A stretch of DNA of 64,000 bases from Escherichia phage BF17, in the sequence record MW822008.1; one strand, written 5' to 3'. Of this stretch, positions 42,933 through 53,003 are shown piece after piece. Below the pieces are notes generated by a model, which saw nothing but the letters and a program-made list of their open reading frames with translations, had not been told where the DNA came from and did not search any database. A program made the position numbers and the translations under genes. Positions within the stretch are counted from its first letter, which is position 1. Each line of letters starts with the position of its first letter.

Positions 42933-43258
42933 ATGGAAAAAGTATATATAATAAAATACCAGAAGGGTATGTACCTGTGCCTAAAGCAGATAAATCTAAA
43001 TCTTTATCATTGCTTAGACAGGGTTCTATAACTGAAATTACACTTGATGGTAAAACCTTTCAGGTGCACGATCCTGTTCGTGTAGAAAAAATTATCAGTA
43101 TGGTTGAAAGACATGAGGAAAGATTCTTTGGTCTAAGTCAAGAGTTGTCAAAGACCAAACAAAAGTGTACAATGTTAGAAAATCAGGTAACCAAATTATC
43201 TAACACTGTAAACAAATTGCAGGAGCAAATCAAAAATGCAGGATTCGACAAATTCTAA
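42929..43258 (+). CDS. Hypothetical protein
   Basis: 109 aa; helical C-terminus; overlapping start/stop with neighbours. Confidence 0.4.
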   Translation: MNGKSIYNKIPEGYVPVPKADKSKSLSLLRQGSITEITLDGKTFQVHDPVRVEKIISMVERHEERFFGLSQELSKTKQKCTMLENQVTKLSNTVNKLQEQIKNAGFDKF

Positions 43259-43874
43259 TTCGTACCGTAAAGCACGAACAGATATCGACATTGACTTCAA
43301 AGATAGTAAGTCAGTGATTGCACAGCTTCCTTGTGTGCGAAGTACAGAAAAAATTACGGAGGATGGTTTAATCCCCCATAACAGTGGTGTTCATTTTGAT
43401 AATATACCAATTGACCCTATCACTGGTTTAGCCAGCATACAATATAAAGAAGCCGAACGCTTGGGATATCAAAAGGTAGATATCCTGTCACAATCGGCTT
43501 ACCAGTATGTTCGTGATAGAGCACATTTAAAAGAACTAATGAATCAGGAACCTAATTGGGATCTTCTGTTAGAACCAGAAATAGTTGAACATCTTTCACA
43601 GATTAAAAAACACGTTACATTATTAAATGTGTGGAAACCTAAATCCATTGATGAACTTGCAATGTTTATTGCAATGATTCGTCCTGGAAAAAGGCAGTGC
43701 CAAAGTATGAATACATGGAGTGAAGTTGAATCCACTATATGGGATTACAGTACTATTGGCACAGACCAAGCAGGAAATAAGTTACGATATTTCAAAAAGC
43801 CACATGCTTATGCATACAGCTTAATGATTGTAGTTCAACTTAACGCTTTAGTTGAACATCTTACTTCTTCTTAA
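43236..43874 (+). CDS. Hypothetical protein
   Basis: 212 aa ORF; no recognisable motif. Confidence 0.4.
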   Translation: MQDSTNSNSYRKARTDIDIDFKDSKSVIAQLPCVRSTEKITEDGLIPHNSGVHFDNIPIDPITGLASIQYKEAERLGYQKVDILSQSAYQYVRDRAHLKELMNQEPNWDLLLEPEIVEHLSQIKKHVTLLNVWKPKSIDELAMFIAMIRPGKRQCQSMNTWSEVESTIWDYSTIGTDQAGNKLRYFKKPHAYAYSLMIVVQLNALVEHLTSS

Positions 43875-44214
43875 GAGCCACATTACGACGCTTTATGCGT
43901 TTTTGTGGCAAATCACTTAAAGAAACTACTGGACCACAAACGAAATTCACCGCAGGGGTATCGAATCTCTGTGTGTAAGGTTCAAATTTCTCCATCTCTT
44001 CTTGGAAGAATAGACAGACTGGAATTGACCTGTTGCTTTGCCACCACCAATCATGTGCTATACCCAACAATTCATCTTGCATTGGTTCATCCATATCATC
44101 AAAGCAGTAAAGAGTAGTATACTGTTTACTTTTTATCTTGATAATACCAATGAAAGTTTTACCATCACACTGAACTACCGTGATAAATGGTGGAATAGTA
44201 TTATATTGATTCAT
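43861..44214 (-). CDS. Hypothetical protein, lone minus-strand gene inside a plus-strand block
   Basis: 117 aa; Trp triplet 'HDWWWQ'; basic C-terminus 'KRIKRRNVALKKK'; convergent with and overlapping the 3' end of the upstream plus gene. Confidence 0.4.
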   Translation of the reverse strand: MNQYNTIPPFITVVQCDGKTFIGIIKIKSKQYTTLYCFDDMDEPMQDELLGIAHDWWWQSNRSIPVCLFFQEEMEKFEPYTQRFDTPAVNFVCGPVVSLSDLPQKRIKRRNVALKKK

Positions 44215-44271
44215 ATGAGTTCCATAAATATTAGTATAAATTTATACCTATTATTTATGGAAGGAAAAACT

Positions 44272-45249
44272 ATGGCTCATCACGGCGTGTTTATGTACCC
44301 TTATAACCAAGAAGTATCATTGGGCAATTTTAATATGCCATATAGCAATGAGAAACTTACAATATACAGAGGTGCAAATAACAATTTATCATTCACAGTG
44401 CATAACGCTGATGGAAAATATACATTACTAAAAGATAACGAATATCTAACATTCATGATTTTTGATGCTAGAAACAATACTAAATTATTCGATGTAGTTT
44501 TGGATAAACAAAAACCATCATGGCTATCAGAAAGTGGACAAGCAAGACAAACATTAGGTAATAGTAAAAAAGTATATTATGGATGTATTGTTCCTGCTGG
44601 TGTAATTCAGGATACTAGTCCTGGTTCAAAATATAGATGGAGTATTACTAAAGTAACAATGGATGGTTCCTTGATTGAACCTACACAGTACTTATACACT
44701 GGTCTTGATTATGAAGCCTCTGCTGAATTGATCATTTCCGACCAAGCTGCTCCTGTGTTTGTGCCAAGTATTGAAGTATCTGTTAATAAAAACCCAGCAT
44801 GGACTACCATCAAACGCTTGTATCATGAACCAATCGCTCGTGGCGTTATTGGTGAATTTGATATAATGGCAACATCTCCCCTTCCTGCACAAATGCAGTA
44901 CGGATTAGTTGATGGTCTTAGTACTATTGCAATGTACTTTGATAAATTCATTGGTAGAATTCAATTACAAGGATGTTTGTGTAATAACGTACCAACTGAT
45001 AACGAAAACTATAAATGGTTTATTGTTAAATTGGATGGTAAAGAATATATCGAAAATGATATTGATGAAAATGGATTCCCTAAAGCGTTAGATGGGATTC
45101 AAGCATTTAATTTTAAAGGTAATTACATGTGGTTGCGATTGGTTGTTTGTATTCATCCTAAGATCGTTCCAGTTCCTTATGACTATGCGGCAGTAAGAAA
45201 AGTCTATGACCCACTACTGTCAGTTCCTAAAATTTTGATTCGCAGGTGA
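44272..45249 (+). CDS. Hypothetical protein, possibly structural
   Basis: GGAAGGAAAAACT then ATG at 44272 (the track ORF extends upstream without RBS); 325 aa. Confidence 0.4.
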   Translation: MAHHGVFMYPYNQEVSLGNFNMPYSNEKLTIYRGANNNLSFTVHNADGKYTLLKDNEYLTFMIFDARNNTKLFDVVLDKQKPSWLSESGQARQTLGNSKKVYYGCIVPAGVIQDTSPGSKYRWSITKVTMDGSLIEPTQYLYTGLDYEASAELIISDQAAPVFVPSIEVSVNKNPAWTTIKRLYHEPIARGVIGEFDIMATSPLPAQMQYGLVDGLSTIAMYFDKFIGRIQLQGCLCNNVPTDNENYKWFIVKLDGKEYIENDIDENGFPKALDGIQAFNFKGNYMWLRLVVCIHPKIVPVPYDYAAVRKVYDPLLSVPKILIRR

Positions 45250-45266
45250 GACAAAACAAGTGTTTG

Positions 45267-45275
45267 TGCTATAAT
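45267..45275 (+). promoter_or_regulatory. Extended -10 promoter motif TGCTATAAT
   Basis: gtttgTGCTATAATcat about 30 nt upstream of the primase start. Confidence 0.4.
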
Positions 45276-45304
45276 CATTTGTGAGAAATAACAAGGATTA
45301 AATT

Positions 45305-46360
45305 ATGAACGCTGTACAAAACATCATGGCACAAATCATGAATGACCCAGTACCAGGAATTGGTATGTGGACACATCACAATTGTCCTGCTTGTGTGTTC
45401 CGTGGTCATTCACGCCCCGATACTAAAAATCGCGGCAATCATATGTTTAACGCAGATGGTTCTGTTTCTTATAACTGTTTTAACTGTAGTCTAAAAACTG
45501 GGTGGCAACCTGGAAAATATATGAGCAAAGATATGGAGTCTTTGCTCATTTCTTTTGGTGCACAGGATAAGGAAATAGAACTAGCTAAATTTTACATTAA
45601 AGAAATGGTTGATAGTGGAGACTTTGCCGAACAAGAAACTACTGCATCTAAACTATATCAACGTGTAACTGTTCGTGAATTACCACCGAACTCAAAAACA
45701 TTCTGGGAATGGGCATCGTTACCAGAAGAGCAAATACCACAAGAATTTATTAGTGTTCTGAATCATGTGAATGAGCGAAATCCATATCTATTAGATTTAG
45801 AATTGTATTGGAGTCCAGCTAAAGAACATAAAATGTATGACCGATTTATCATACCATACGTTATGAACGGTAAAATTATCGGATATACTGCTAGACACAA
45901 ACTTAAAGACCCAGGAAGTACCTATCGTTTTATTAATCAGGTCAGTACTAATATTCTATATAATTATGATCTGTTACAAGATGAACGAATTAAAACTATA
46001 TTAGTTTGTGAAGGTCCAATGGATGCAGCACTAATGGGTGGTGTTTCTGCAAATAACTTTAAATTGTCAGCAGTACAAATAGATGTACTTAAAGCTGCAC
46101 AAGAAAAAGGTAAAAAGATTGTTATCGTACCAGACCGTGATAAGGATGGGTTACAAACAATCGAACAAGCACTAGAATATGGATTTAGTGTTTCTTTCCC
46201 AGATTTTGGGGCAGTACGTGTTGGAAGTACTATACGTCACATTAAAGATTTTGACGAAGCATGTGCTAGATTTGGAAGATTATTTTGTTTACAACTGATA
46301 CATGATAGTATAGTTGACGAGCCTTTCTATATTAAAGCACAAACGGATAAGTGGATGTAA
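45305..46360 (+). CDS. 61: DNA primase (T4 gp61 family)
   Basis: N-terminal zinc ribbon 'CPAC...CFNC'; TOPRIM-like 'LVCEGPMDAAL' and 'IVPDRDKDG'. Confidence 0.8.
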   Translation: MNAVQNIMAQIMNDPVPGIGMWTHHNCPACVFRGHSRPDTKNRGNHMFNADGSVSYNCFNCSLKTGWQPGKYMSKDMESLLISFGAQDKEIELAKFYIKEMVDSGDFAEQETTASKLYQRVTVRELPPNSKTFWEWASLPEEQIPQEFISVLNHVNERNPYLLDLELYWSPAKEHKMYDRFIIPYVMNGKIIGYTARHKLKDPGSTYRFINQVSTNILYNYDLLQDERIKTILVCEGPMDAALMGGVSANNFKLSAVQIDVLKAAQEKGKKIVIVPDRDKDGLQTIEQALEYGFSVSFPDFGAVRVGSTIRHIKDFDEACARFGRLFCLQLIHDSIVDEPFYIKAQTDKWM

Positions 46361-46386
46361 CACAGGATATAAATGAGGGAACATAA

Positions 46387-47907
46387 ATGATTCAAAGCAC
46401 AGTGGACGTCAAACAGTATGGGATTAATGCACAACAATACTTACTATCCCAAGTTTTCAGTAATCCAGATTTATTTGTACGTTGTAAAAATATTCTAAAG
46501 CCAGAATATTTTGATAAAACATTTCATGAAAGTATTCAGTACGTTCATGATTATGCAGCAAAATATAGTTCATCCCCTACACTGAAAGATATCGAAGTGA
46601 AAGGTGGTTATCAGTATGATCATTATGAAGTACAAGAACTTCATAAACAGGCAGTACTGGATACCTGTAGTGAGTTTTGCCGTCACAAAGCTCTAGCTCT
46701 AGCAGTAGAGAAAGGTATGGAATTAGTACATCAGAAAAAATATGGTGGCATCGAAGAACTCATTCGTGAAGCTATGTTAGTATCTGTACAGAATGAGTTG
46801 GGTCTTGATATCTTTGAAAATCCAGAAGATACCATTCGTTCATTGAGCACTATGCAAGGTTCATTCAAGAGTGGATGGGAAACCCTTGACTATAAACTAT
46901 TCGGTGGTTTTGGTCGCCGTGAACTTGAAATCTTTGCAGCAGCGTCTGGTGGTGGTAAATCAGTAGTACTACAGAACTTAGCAGTTAACTTTGCTAAGGC
47001 TGGTATGAATGGTGCATACATTTCACTAGAACTAGCAGAAGAGTTGGTAGCCGTTCGTATCTATGGTATGATGACTGAATCTAAGCTAAGTAACGTTAAG
47101 AACGAAGCTGAAAAGATTGGTCTACGAGTTCAAATGGAAGGCAAGGATAGTGGTATATTGCGTATTAAACGTTTACCAGAATCCGTAACAACCACTGATG
47201 ATATTGAAAGTTATCTTCGTGAATTGCAAATTAAAATGGAAGTCAAATTAGATTATGTTTGTGTGGACTACCTTGACCTATTAACATCAAATCGTCTTGG
47301 TCCTAATGATAAATCTAATACATTTACAAAAGATAAATTTGTATCTGAAGAATTGCGTGCACTAGCAACCAAAATGGATTTGACAGTCTTCACTGCGTCA
47401 CAGTTTAACCGTAGTGGTATGGATGAAGATAAGAAAAGTCAAAGTCAGATTGCTGGTGGTATTTCTAAAATCTATACTGCGGATAACGTTATCTACATTG
47501 AAGCACGTAAAGAAACTGGCGAACTTTGGTTTGACTTCCAGAAAACACGTAACAGTAGTGCAGTTGGTTCACGTTTGCGTATGTCATATGATATCGATTC
47601 ACTTCGTGTACTAGACCACGCAACCACAATCCAACAATTCGAAACTGATGGGTCAGGATTCCGTCACAGTGGCATCTCTAAGGTCGGCGGTGGTAACATG
47701 GCAATGCCACCAAGTACAATGCAAACACTGCGTCATACGCTTTCTGGTGCTCCTAAACCAAGCACTACACCGAGTGTTGAAAGCGTAACACTAAATACAG
47801 ATAGTGATCCAATCACTTCTACACAAACTGAATCCCAGCCTCAACAGCCTCACATTGGTACTGATCGTGTAAATGCAATGAAGCAATGGTTAAATCAAAG
47901 GAAATAA
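46387..47907 (+). CDS. 41: Replicative DNA helicase (DnaB-like, T4 gp41 family)
   Basis: Walker A 'AAASGGGKS', 'DYLDLL' Walker B region, 'SQFNRSG' motif typical of DnaB-family helicases. Confidence 0.85.
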   Translation: MIQSTVDVKQYGINAQQYLLSQVFSNPDLFVRCKNILKPEYFDKTFHESIQYVHDYAAKYSSSPTLKDIEVKGGYQYDHYEVQELHKQAVLDTCSEFCRHKALALAVEKGMELVHQKKYGGIEELIREAMLVSVQNELGLDIFENPEDTIRSLSTMQGSFKSGWETLDYKLFGGFGRRELEIFAAASGGGKSVVLQNLAVNFAKAGMNGAYISLELAEELVAVRIYGMMTESKLSNVKNEAEKIGLRVQMEGKDSGILRIKRLPESVTTTDDIESYLRELQIKMEVKLDYVCVDYLDLLTSNRLGPNDKSNTFTKDKFVSEELRALATKMDLTVFTASQFNRSGMDEDKKSQSQIAGGISKIYTADNVIYIEARKETGELWFDFQKTRNSSAVGSRLRMSYDIDSLRVLDHATTIQQFETDGSGFRHSGISKVGGGNMAMPPSTMQTLRHTLSGAPKPSTTPSVESVTLNTDSDPITSTQTESQPQQPHIGTDRVNAMKQWLNQRK

Positions 47908-47910
47908 TGA

Positions 47911-48183
47911 ATGTCTAGTAAATCCAATAAAAAGAATCTACTTGATAGTATAGTTGACTATACACCAGAGAAAGATACATTACAGAGTTTTGGTAATCGT
48001 GCAGATCATGCAATCAACTCTGTTATTCATTTATTGGAGAGTATCGAAGATGAATTTAACCAAACTGATGCTGAAGATTTGAAGAAACGTTTATTTCTTA
48101 GTATTAAGAACCGAGATTATAAAAAGTTTCAGAAGGGCTTGGAGAACATAGCACTTGATGAAAAACGTAATAAAGGGAATTGA
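47911..48183 (+). CDS. Hypothetical protein
   Basis: 90 aa ORF immediately after the helicase gene. Confidence 0.4.
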   Translation: MSSKSNKKNLLDSIVDYTPEKDTLQSFGNRADHAINSVIHLLESIEDEFNQTDAEDLKKRLFLSIKNRDYKKFQKGLENIALDEKRNKGN

Positions 48184-48184
48184 T

Positions 48185-48352
48185 ATGAAGAAGAAAACTA
48201 AACTAAAAGAAAATGCTTCTGCTGGTGCAACATCAGCAGGTGCAGTAGCATCAGTCAGTACTGGATTAAATTACCCATTACTTCGAAGAATGCCTCCTAC
48301 AAATTTCTTTGGATATAAAGTTGTTGAGACTAAAAATAAGGATAATGAATGA
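48185..48352 (+). CDS. Hypothetical small protein
   Basis: AAAGGGAATTGAT then ATG at 48185; 55 aa. Confidence 0.3.
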   Translation: MKKKTKLKENASAGATSAGAVASVSTGLNYPLLRRMPPTNFFGYKVVETKNKDNE

Positions 48353-48741
48353 AACCATATACTTTCTACACAATTAATACTGTTGTAGATATAGGTGATG
48401 GTACAACTCCAACAATCATCGATTCTAAGTTCACAGGTGCTATGAATTTGTCGAGATTGTTGGAGGCTATTATGGTACATGATTATCCCATGATGGTAAG
48501 TGTAGTAAAAACTGAAATAGATCTATATAAAGATAACAATGCATCTTTCTATAATCTTCCAGTTTCATGGGGTAAATGTACTCTTAGTACTTTCAAATTC
48601 GCAATACCAATGGATGTTGATTTGCGTTTGAATGGAATACCATTAGTTTTACCGACAGAATTAAATGGTAAAAGAATTACAAAATTTATCACAACAGGTA
48701 ATGATACAAATATTAGCATCAGCAAACAGACCTTTTCTTAA
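48349..48741 (+). CDS. Hypothetical protein
   Basis: 130 aa; start overlaps the upstream stop. Confidence 0.4.
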   Translation: MKPYTFYTINTVVDIGDGTTPTIIDSKFTGAMNLSRLLEAIMVHDYPMMVSVVKTEIDLYKDNNASFYNLPVSWGKCTLSTFKFAIPMDVDLRLNGIPLVLPTELNGKRITKFITTGNDTNISISKQTFS

Positions 48742-48798
48742 TTGTGATAAATATCATAAAGCAAGACAGAGGTCTTTTTTATTTTATATGGAGTAATT

Positions 48799-49761
48799 AT
48801 GGATATAAACCAAACAGCAGCGGAGCTACAGAAGTTTGCTGACGCACATAATTTGAATGTTGATGTTTCTGTTGTACTGGATAATATGGATGCAGGTGAT
48901 TTCATCACTTTAAATACAGCAATGGATAATTCAGATAATCGTGAAATTTTTCAAATTCTACAAAAGTACAAAGCACAAATGAGTGAAAGTTTCTCATACT
49001 TCAGTACTGACAATGTAACTAAACATATTGTTGAAAGTTCTGATTGGCATAAGACAGTTGATTCTATGACAATGAAAGACTTAGTTGAAGCATACAAAAG
49101 TAACTTCACATACTCTGATGTTTCTAAGTTGAGTATTCAAGAATTAAAAACTATTGTGTTTGAAGATTTATCCTCTAACTTGGAAAATCCTGAAAACCAA
49201 TTGAAATCTACACAGATTGCTAAGATGAATGTGTCCCAGCAACAACAGCAAGTTAATCCACAAACCCAAGCAAAACTTAAACAAGCAGAACTACAACGTA
49301 ATGCTAATAACATTAAAGTTAGCGTCCCTGGGAATCAAAGCGGTACTGATTCAATTGAACCTGTTGTTGGTATTGATGCTGGACAAAACCCACAGCAATC
49401 TTTGGTAGTAACTAAAAGTGGCACTAAGCCAAACGAATTGAATGTTTTTCCTTTGGATGATGTAACTCCAGTTGACAATCAAAATCAAAGTACTACAATT
49501 CGTGAAGAGAAATCACCACAAGAAATTAATAGTGAAGTGATGGGTGAGCCTGGTATGGAACCAGACGGTAATCCAAATTCACCATCTCCACTAACACAAC
49601 ACGCACCAGGTATGGGTGAAATGATTCATGCAATCGCTGATATCGAAAAAGAAGATGATATCTATGGTGATGAAAGTGTAATGGCAAACTCTGCACAACA
49701 AGAGAATGATGAGATGGTAGATCAAATCATTGATTTCTGTCACCGTATGCGAGGCCGATAA
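48799..49761 (+). CDS. Hypothetical protein, Gln/Asn-rich
   Basis: 320 aa; low-complexity 'QQQQQVNPQTQAKLKQAELQ' and Pro-rich segments. Confidence 0.4.
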   Translation: MDINQTAAELQKFADAHNLNVDVSVVLDNMDAGDFITLNTAMDNSDNREIFQILQKYKAQMSESFSYFSTDNVTKHIVESSDWHKTVDSMTMKDLVEAYKSNFTYSDVSKLSIQELKTIVFEDLSSNLENPENQLKSTQIAKMNVSQQQQQVNPQTQAKLKQAELQRNANNIKVSVPGNQSGTDSIEPVVGIDAGQNPQQSLVVTKSGTKPNELNVFPLDDVTPVDNQNQSTTIREEKSPQEINSEVMGEPGMEPDGNPNSPSPLTQHAPGMGEMIHAIADIEKEDDIYGDESVMANSAQQENDEMVDQIIDFCHRMRGR

Positions 49762-49979
49762 TGAGAACTGTACCTAATGTTCATGGTCACAACACTATGG
49801 TTTCCAACGAAGAATACAGACTATTACAGAAAATAAAGGCACGAGGTTCCGTGCCAGTTGAAAAAGTAAACGAATACTATCAGGAACTAGCGGATAAAAT
49901 GGTATCTCGTGGAGTCCTAAATATTGTTGAGAAAGATGACGGTACTGAAGAGTATTCAACTGTTAGGAGTAATAAATGA
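49761..49979 (+). CDS. Hypothetical small protein
   Basis: 72 aa; overlapping stop/start with neighbours. Confidence 0.35.
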   Translation: MRTVPNVHGHNTMVSNEEYRLLQKIKARGSVPVEKVNEYYQELADKMVSRGVLNIVEKDDGTEEYSTVRSNK

Positions 49980-50653
49980 ATTACGAGTACGATCAACAAT
50001 CAGTTAATCAGATGGCTGATTTGTTAAGCGGTTTGAATGACATTGAAGCTGGTGCAACCCATAATGCGTCTGGTGTTCCTTACAAGTCAGGTGGTGATAT
50101 CGGTGCAATGACCGACATTTTGACATCATTAAATGAAGCTGGTATGAATTATGGTGTTGATCCAGAACAGACACATCCACATGTTGTTCCATTCCACGCC
50201 CCATACAATGAACACATGCTTGGTCACCAACCAGCACAACCTGTTGTACAACGTGCACCTGCTAAACCTAAAACTAACTGGAGTTTAGTAGAAGAAAAAA
50301 TTCAAGGTACTAAATCAACAAAAGTATACAGTGTTAAATGTAATCATAGTTCTCAAGTTATCATGAATAATATTATGATGTATGAAGCTGCACTAACACT
50401 AGTAAACCTTCTCAACGAAGGAAGAATGTTGACAGATGCAAAAGTTCTTGGTATCATCAGTTCCGGTTTACAATACACCAATGTAATTACCGAAGCATTG
50501 AAGGCTGCACAGAAACGTCAACGTGTTCTGAATGAGTCGAAGTACGATGAAGCAAAAGATTTAGATATCATCATCGCTGAAAAGAAAGCTGAAGCATACA
50601 AACTCAAAGAGCGTGTACTGAACTTTCTAAAGAGTGAAGGTTATATAAAGTAA
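49976..50653 (+). CDS. Hypothetical protein
   Basis: 225 aa; His/Pro-rich middle segment. Confidence 0.4.
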   Translation: MNYEYDQQSVNQMADLLSGLNDIEAGATHNASGVPYKSGGDIGAMTDILTSLNEAGMNYGVDPEQTHPHVVPFHAPYNEHMLGHQPAQPVVQRAPAKPKTNWSLVEEKIQGTKSTKVYSVKCNHSSQVIMNNIMMYEAALTLVNLLNEGRMLTDAKVLGIISSGLQYTNVITEALKAAQKRQRVLNESKYDEAKDLDIIIAEKKAEAYKLKERVLNFLKSEGYIK

Positions 50654-50686
50654 ATAAATTTAGTGATATTTTATAAGGAAATTCAA

Positions 50687-51319
50687 ATGTCTAACTACAA
50701 AAAACTAATGGAATCTGCTTCACGTGTTGAAGCAATGAAGTTCATCAAATTGAACGAATCTAATATTGAGAAAGCTGAAATCGTTCTCTCTGTTAAAGGT
50801 GAAATCGTTGACAAACTACAACGTCAGTCTGAAGTAATCAATAACATGGGCGTTGACGTTCTAGGTCCACTACTTGACCGTATCAAAGCGGAACAAGGTC
50901 TTGATGCTGCACAGAACTTTAGTGATAGCGTTCGCCACCTACTTCAACATGCAGTTACTACTCTAATGGATGTTAAAGACAAAATCAGTACTGAAACTTT
51001 AAAACTAACTGGTGATATCACTGATGGTCCAGCAGTTTCTGATATTGGTAGTGAAGATGTTGATATCGACATTGCTGCTGACACCCCAACGTTCGACATG
51101 GGTGCTGATGCTGATTTCGAAGAAGATATTATTTCTGAGCCAGTACCAACTGAGCGTGAAATGAAAGAATCTGTAAAACCAACTCAAATTGGTATTAAGA
51201 TGGAAAGTGTTCGCGGTACTGTAGGTACTAAATTCTTCAAAAACAAAGAAGAAATGAAAACTTGGCTATCTGAGAACGAGAAGAAAGTTAAACGTGTACT
51301 AGGATACGTTAAAAAATAA
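50687..51319 (+). CDS. Hypothetical acidic protein
   Basis: TAAGGAAATTCAA then ATG at 50687; 210 aa. Confidence 0.4.
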   Translation: MSNYKKLMESASRVEAMKFIKLNESNIEKAEIVLSVKGEIVDKLQRQSEVINNMGVDVLGPLLDRIKAEQGLDAAQNFSDSVRHLLQHAVTTLMDVKDKISTETLKLTGDITDGPAVSDIGSEDVDIDIAADTPTFDMGADADFEEDIISEPVPTEREMKESVKPTQIGIKMESVRGTVGTKFFKNKEEMKTWLSENEKKVKRVLGYVKK

Positions 51320-51335
51320 TTAAGGATGAATCTAA

Positions 51336-51665
51336 ATGAGATTTCAAGATCTTACAGAAGAGGCTCCTGGTAAAGACATACGCAATATGATTACTACTAT
51401 TGCGTTGTCTTTAGTATCATCGGGTCGCGAAGAAGTGAACCTACAATCTTTAATCGCTGAAATCAAAAAGCGAACCAACATTGATGTTCCTTATAATGTT
51501 ATGATGGATATTCTAAACTCTTTGCCATTTGTGCAAGATGCGAATTCGGATGTTGTAACATTTACTGGTAATGATTCAGAAAGTACTGGTGAAGTTGAAC
51601 AGAACTCTGAAGACCAAGTTGAAGATTGGGCAACAAAAGCTGCTGTTGCAGCAAATAAGCAATAA
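51336..51665 (+). CDS. Hypothetical protein
   Basis: 109 aa; acidic C-terminus. Confidence 0.4.
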   Translation: MRFQDLTEEAPGKDIRNMITTIALSLVSSGREEVNLQSLIAEIKKRTNIDVPYNVMMDILNSLPFVQDANSDVVTFTGNDSESTGEVEQNSEDQVEDWATKAAVAANKQ

Positions 51666-51689
51666 AAACTGAGACAAACAAAAATACGA

Positions 51690-51698
51690 TGCTATAAT
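51690..51698 (+). promoter_or_regulatory. Extended -10 promoter motif TGCTATAAT
   Basis: cgaTGCTATAATtagg 14 nt upstream of the ATG at 51712. Confidence 0.4.
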
Positions 51699-51711
51699 TA
51701 GGAGTACACGG

Positions 51712-52431
51712 ATGTACACACCACCAATTGTTAGCAGATATACATACGTTGATTACAAAAGAATTGAAGGCGGCCCCGAAGGTCGCCTTTATTCAACTCC
51801 AACAGGGAATCTGCCGTCAGTAACAACAATTCTTAGTGCCACCTCTGACAATGAGGGGTTGAAAAAATGGAGAGAATTTGTTGGTGAAGAGAAAGCTAAT
51901 GAGATTACATTAGAAGCATGTACTGTTGGTACTTTTATGCACGAGAACTTAGAATATCGTCTGGATGGAAAGCCAGACCACCAAGGTGGTATGCCGATAC
52001 GAGTTCTGGCCCGTAGAATGGCTGACAAAATTCAAGAAGAAGCATGGCCTAGAATCAATGAAGTGTGGGGTCAGGAAGTTCCATTATTCTATGAAGGATT
52101 ATGGGCTGGAACAACTGACTTAGTTGGAGTTCATGATGGTATTCCTTCTATCATGGACTATAAGAATTCCCGTAAATTAAAGACATGGGAACATATCGAA
52201 AATTACCGTATGCAAATCGCTGCATATGCACTATCGCATAATCAAATGTTTGGAACAAATATTGAGCGTGGTGTAATTTTCATCTGTGTAAGAAAAGATC
52301 CTAACAATTTACAATATCAAGAATTCGTTATTGAAGGAAAAGACTTCAAAGATGCGGTTGATATGTGGATTGGTAGAGTTGAACAATACTATATTTTACG
52401 TGGAGAAATTGAATCAAATGGAACAGCATAA
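51712..52431 (+). CDS. PD-(D/E)xK family nuclease (RecB/Cas4-like exonuclease fold)
   Basis: 'GTTDLVGVHDGIPSIMDYKNS' then 'QIAAYAL' fits the D...D/E-x-K core with the downstream QxxxY motif. Confidence 0.5.
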   Translation: MYTPPIVSRYTYVDYKRIEGGPEGRLYSTPTGNLPSVTTILSATSDNEGLKKWREFVGEEKANEITLEACTVGTFMHENLEYRLDGKPDHQGGMPIRVLARRMADKIQEEAWPRINEVWGQEVPLFYEGLWAGTTDLVGVHDGIPSIMDYKNSRKLKTWEHIENYRMQIAAYALSHNQMFGTNIERGVIFICVRKDPNNLQYQEFVIEGKDFKDAVDMWIGRVEQYYILRGEIESNGTA

Positions 52432-52975
52432 ACAAATGAAACAAGACCTATATACAATTCGTGCACTAGAAAGTAAAGGTTACGCCTTAGATGAAGTAAT
52501 CAAACTAAGTGATGAAGAAATTGACAAACTACAACTTTCAAATAAACTTTTAGTTAATATTAAAGATTATAAATCTCGCGGTGCAAAACCAGTAGAAGTA
52601 ATCAAAGAGAAAATTGCTGAAGATATTAGTGTTGACGAAGTATCTCGTAATGTTGCACCAGAAGTAATCGAATCATATGTAGTAGATACTGAAGAACAAA
52701 TTAAAGTATCTGAAGAAGTACAAGTAATCGCTGAAGAACTAGCACCTGTTGTTGAAGAAGAAGACGTTGTTGTTATTGAACGTGTTGAAGCTTCAAAAGA
52801 AGATTTGGATATTATCAAAGAAGCACTAAAAACCAAAGAACTAAAAAGTGTTGCAAACTATGTAAAACACTTGAAATCCCTAGTTCCTGAATCAATTCTT
52901 TCTTCCGTTGATAGCTCTGTTGTATCTCAACTAATCAATGAGCGTATTGCTGAAGTTAAAGAAAACGCTAAATAA
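52418..52975 (+). CDS. Hypothetical acidic protein
   Basis: Start uncertain (ATG at 52418 or 52436); Glu/Val-rich repeats 'EEVQVIAEELAPVVEEEDVVVIERVE'. Confidence 0.35.
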   Translation: MEQHKQMKQDLYTIRALESKGYALDEVIKLSDEEIDKLQLSNKLLVNIKDYKSRGAKPVEVIKEKIAEDISVDEVSRNVAPEVIESYVVDTEEQIKVSEEVQVIAEELAPVVEEEDVVVIERVEASKEDLDIIKEALKTKELKSVANYVKHLKSLVPESILSSVDSSVVSQLINERIAEVKENAK

Positions 52976-53003
52976 TCCTATAATACTATAGGAGATAGTT
53001 TTT

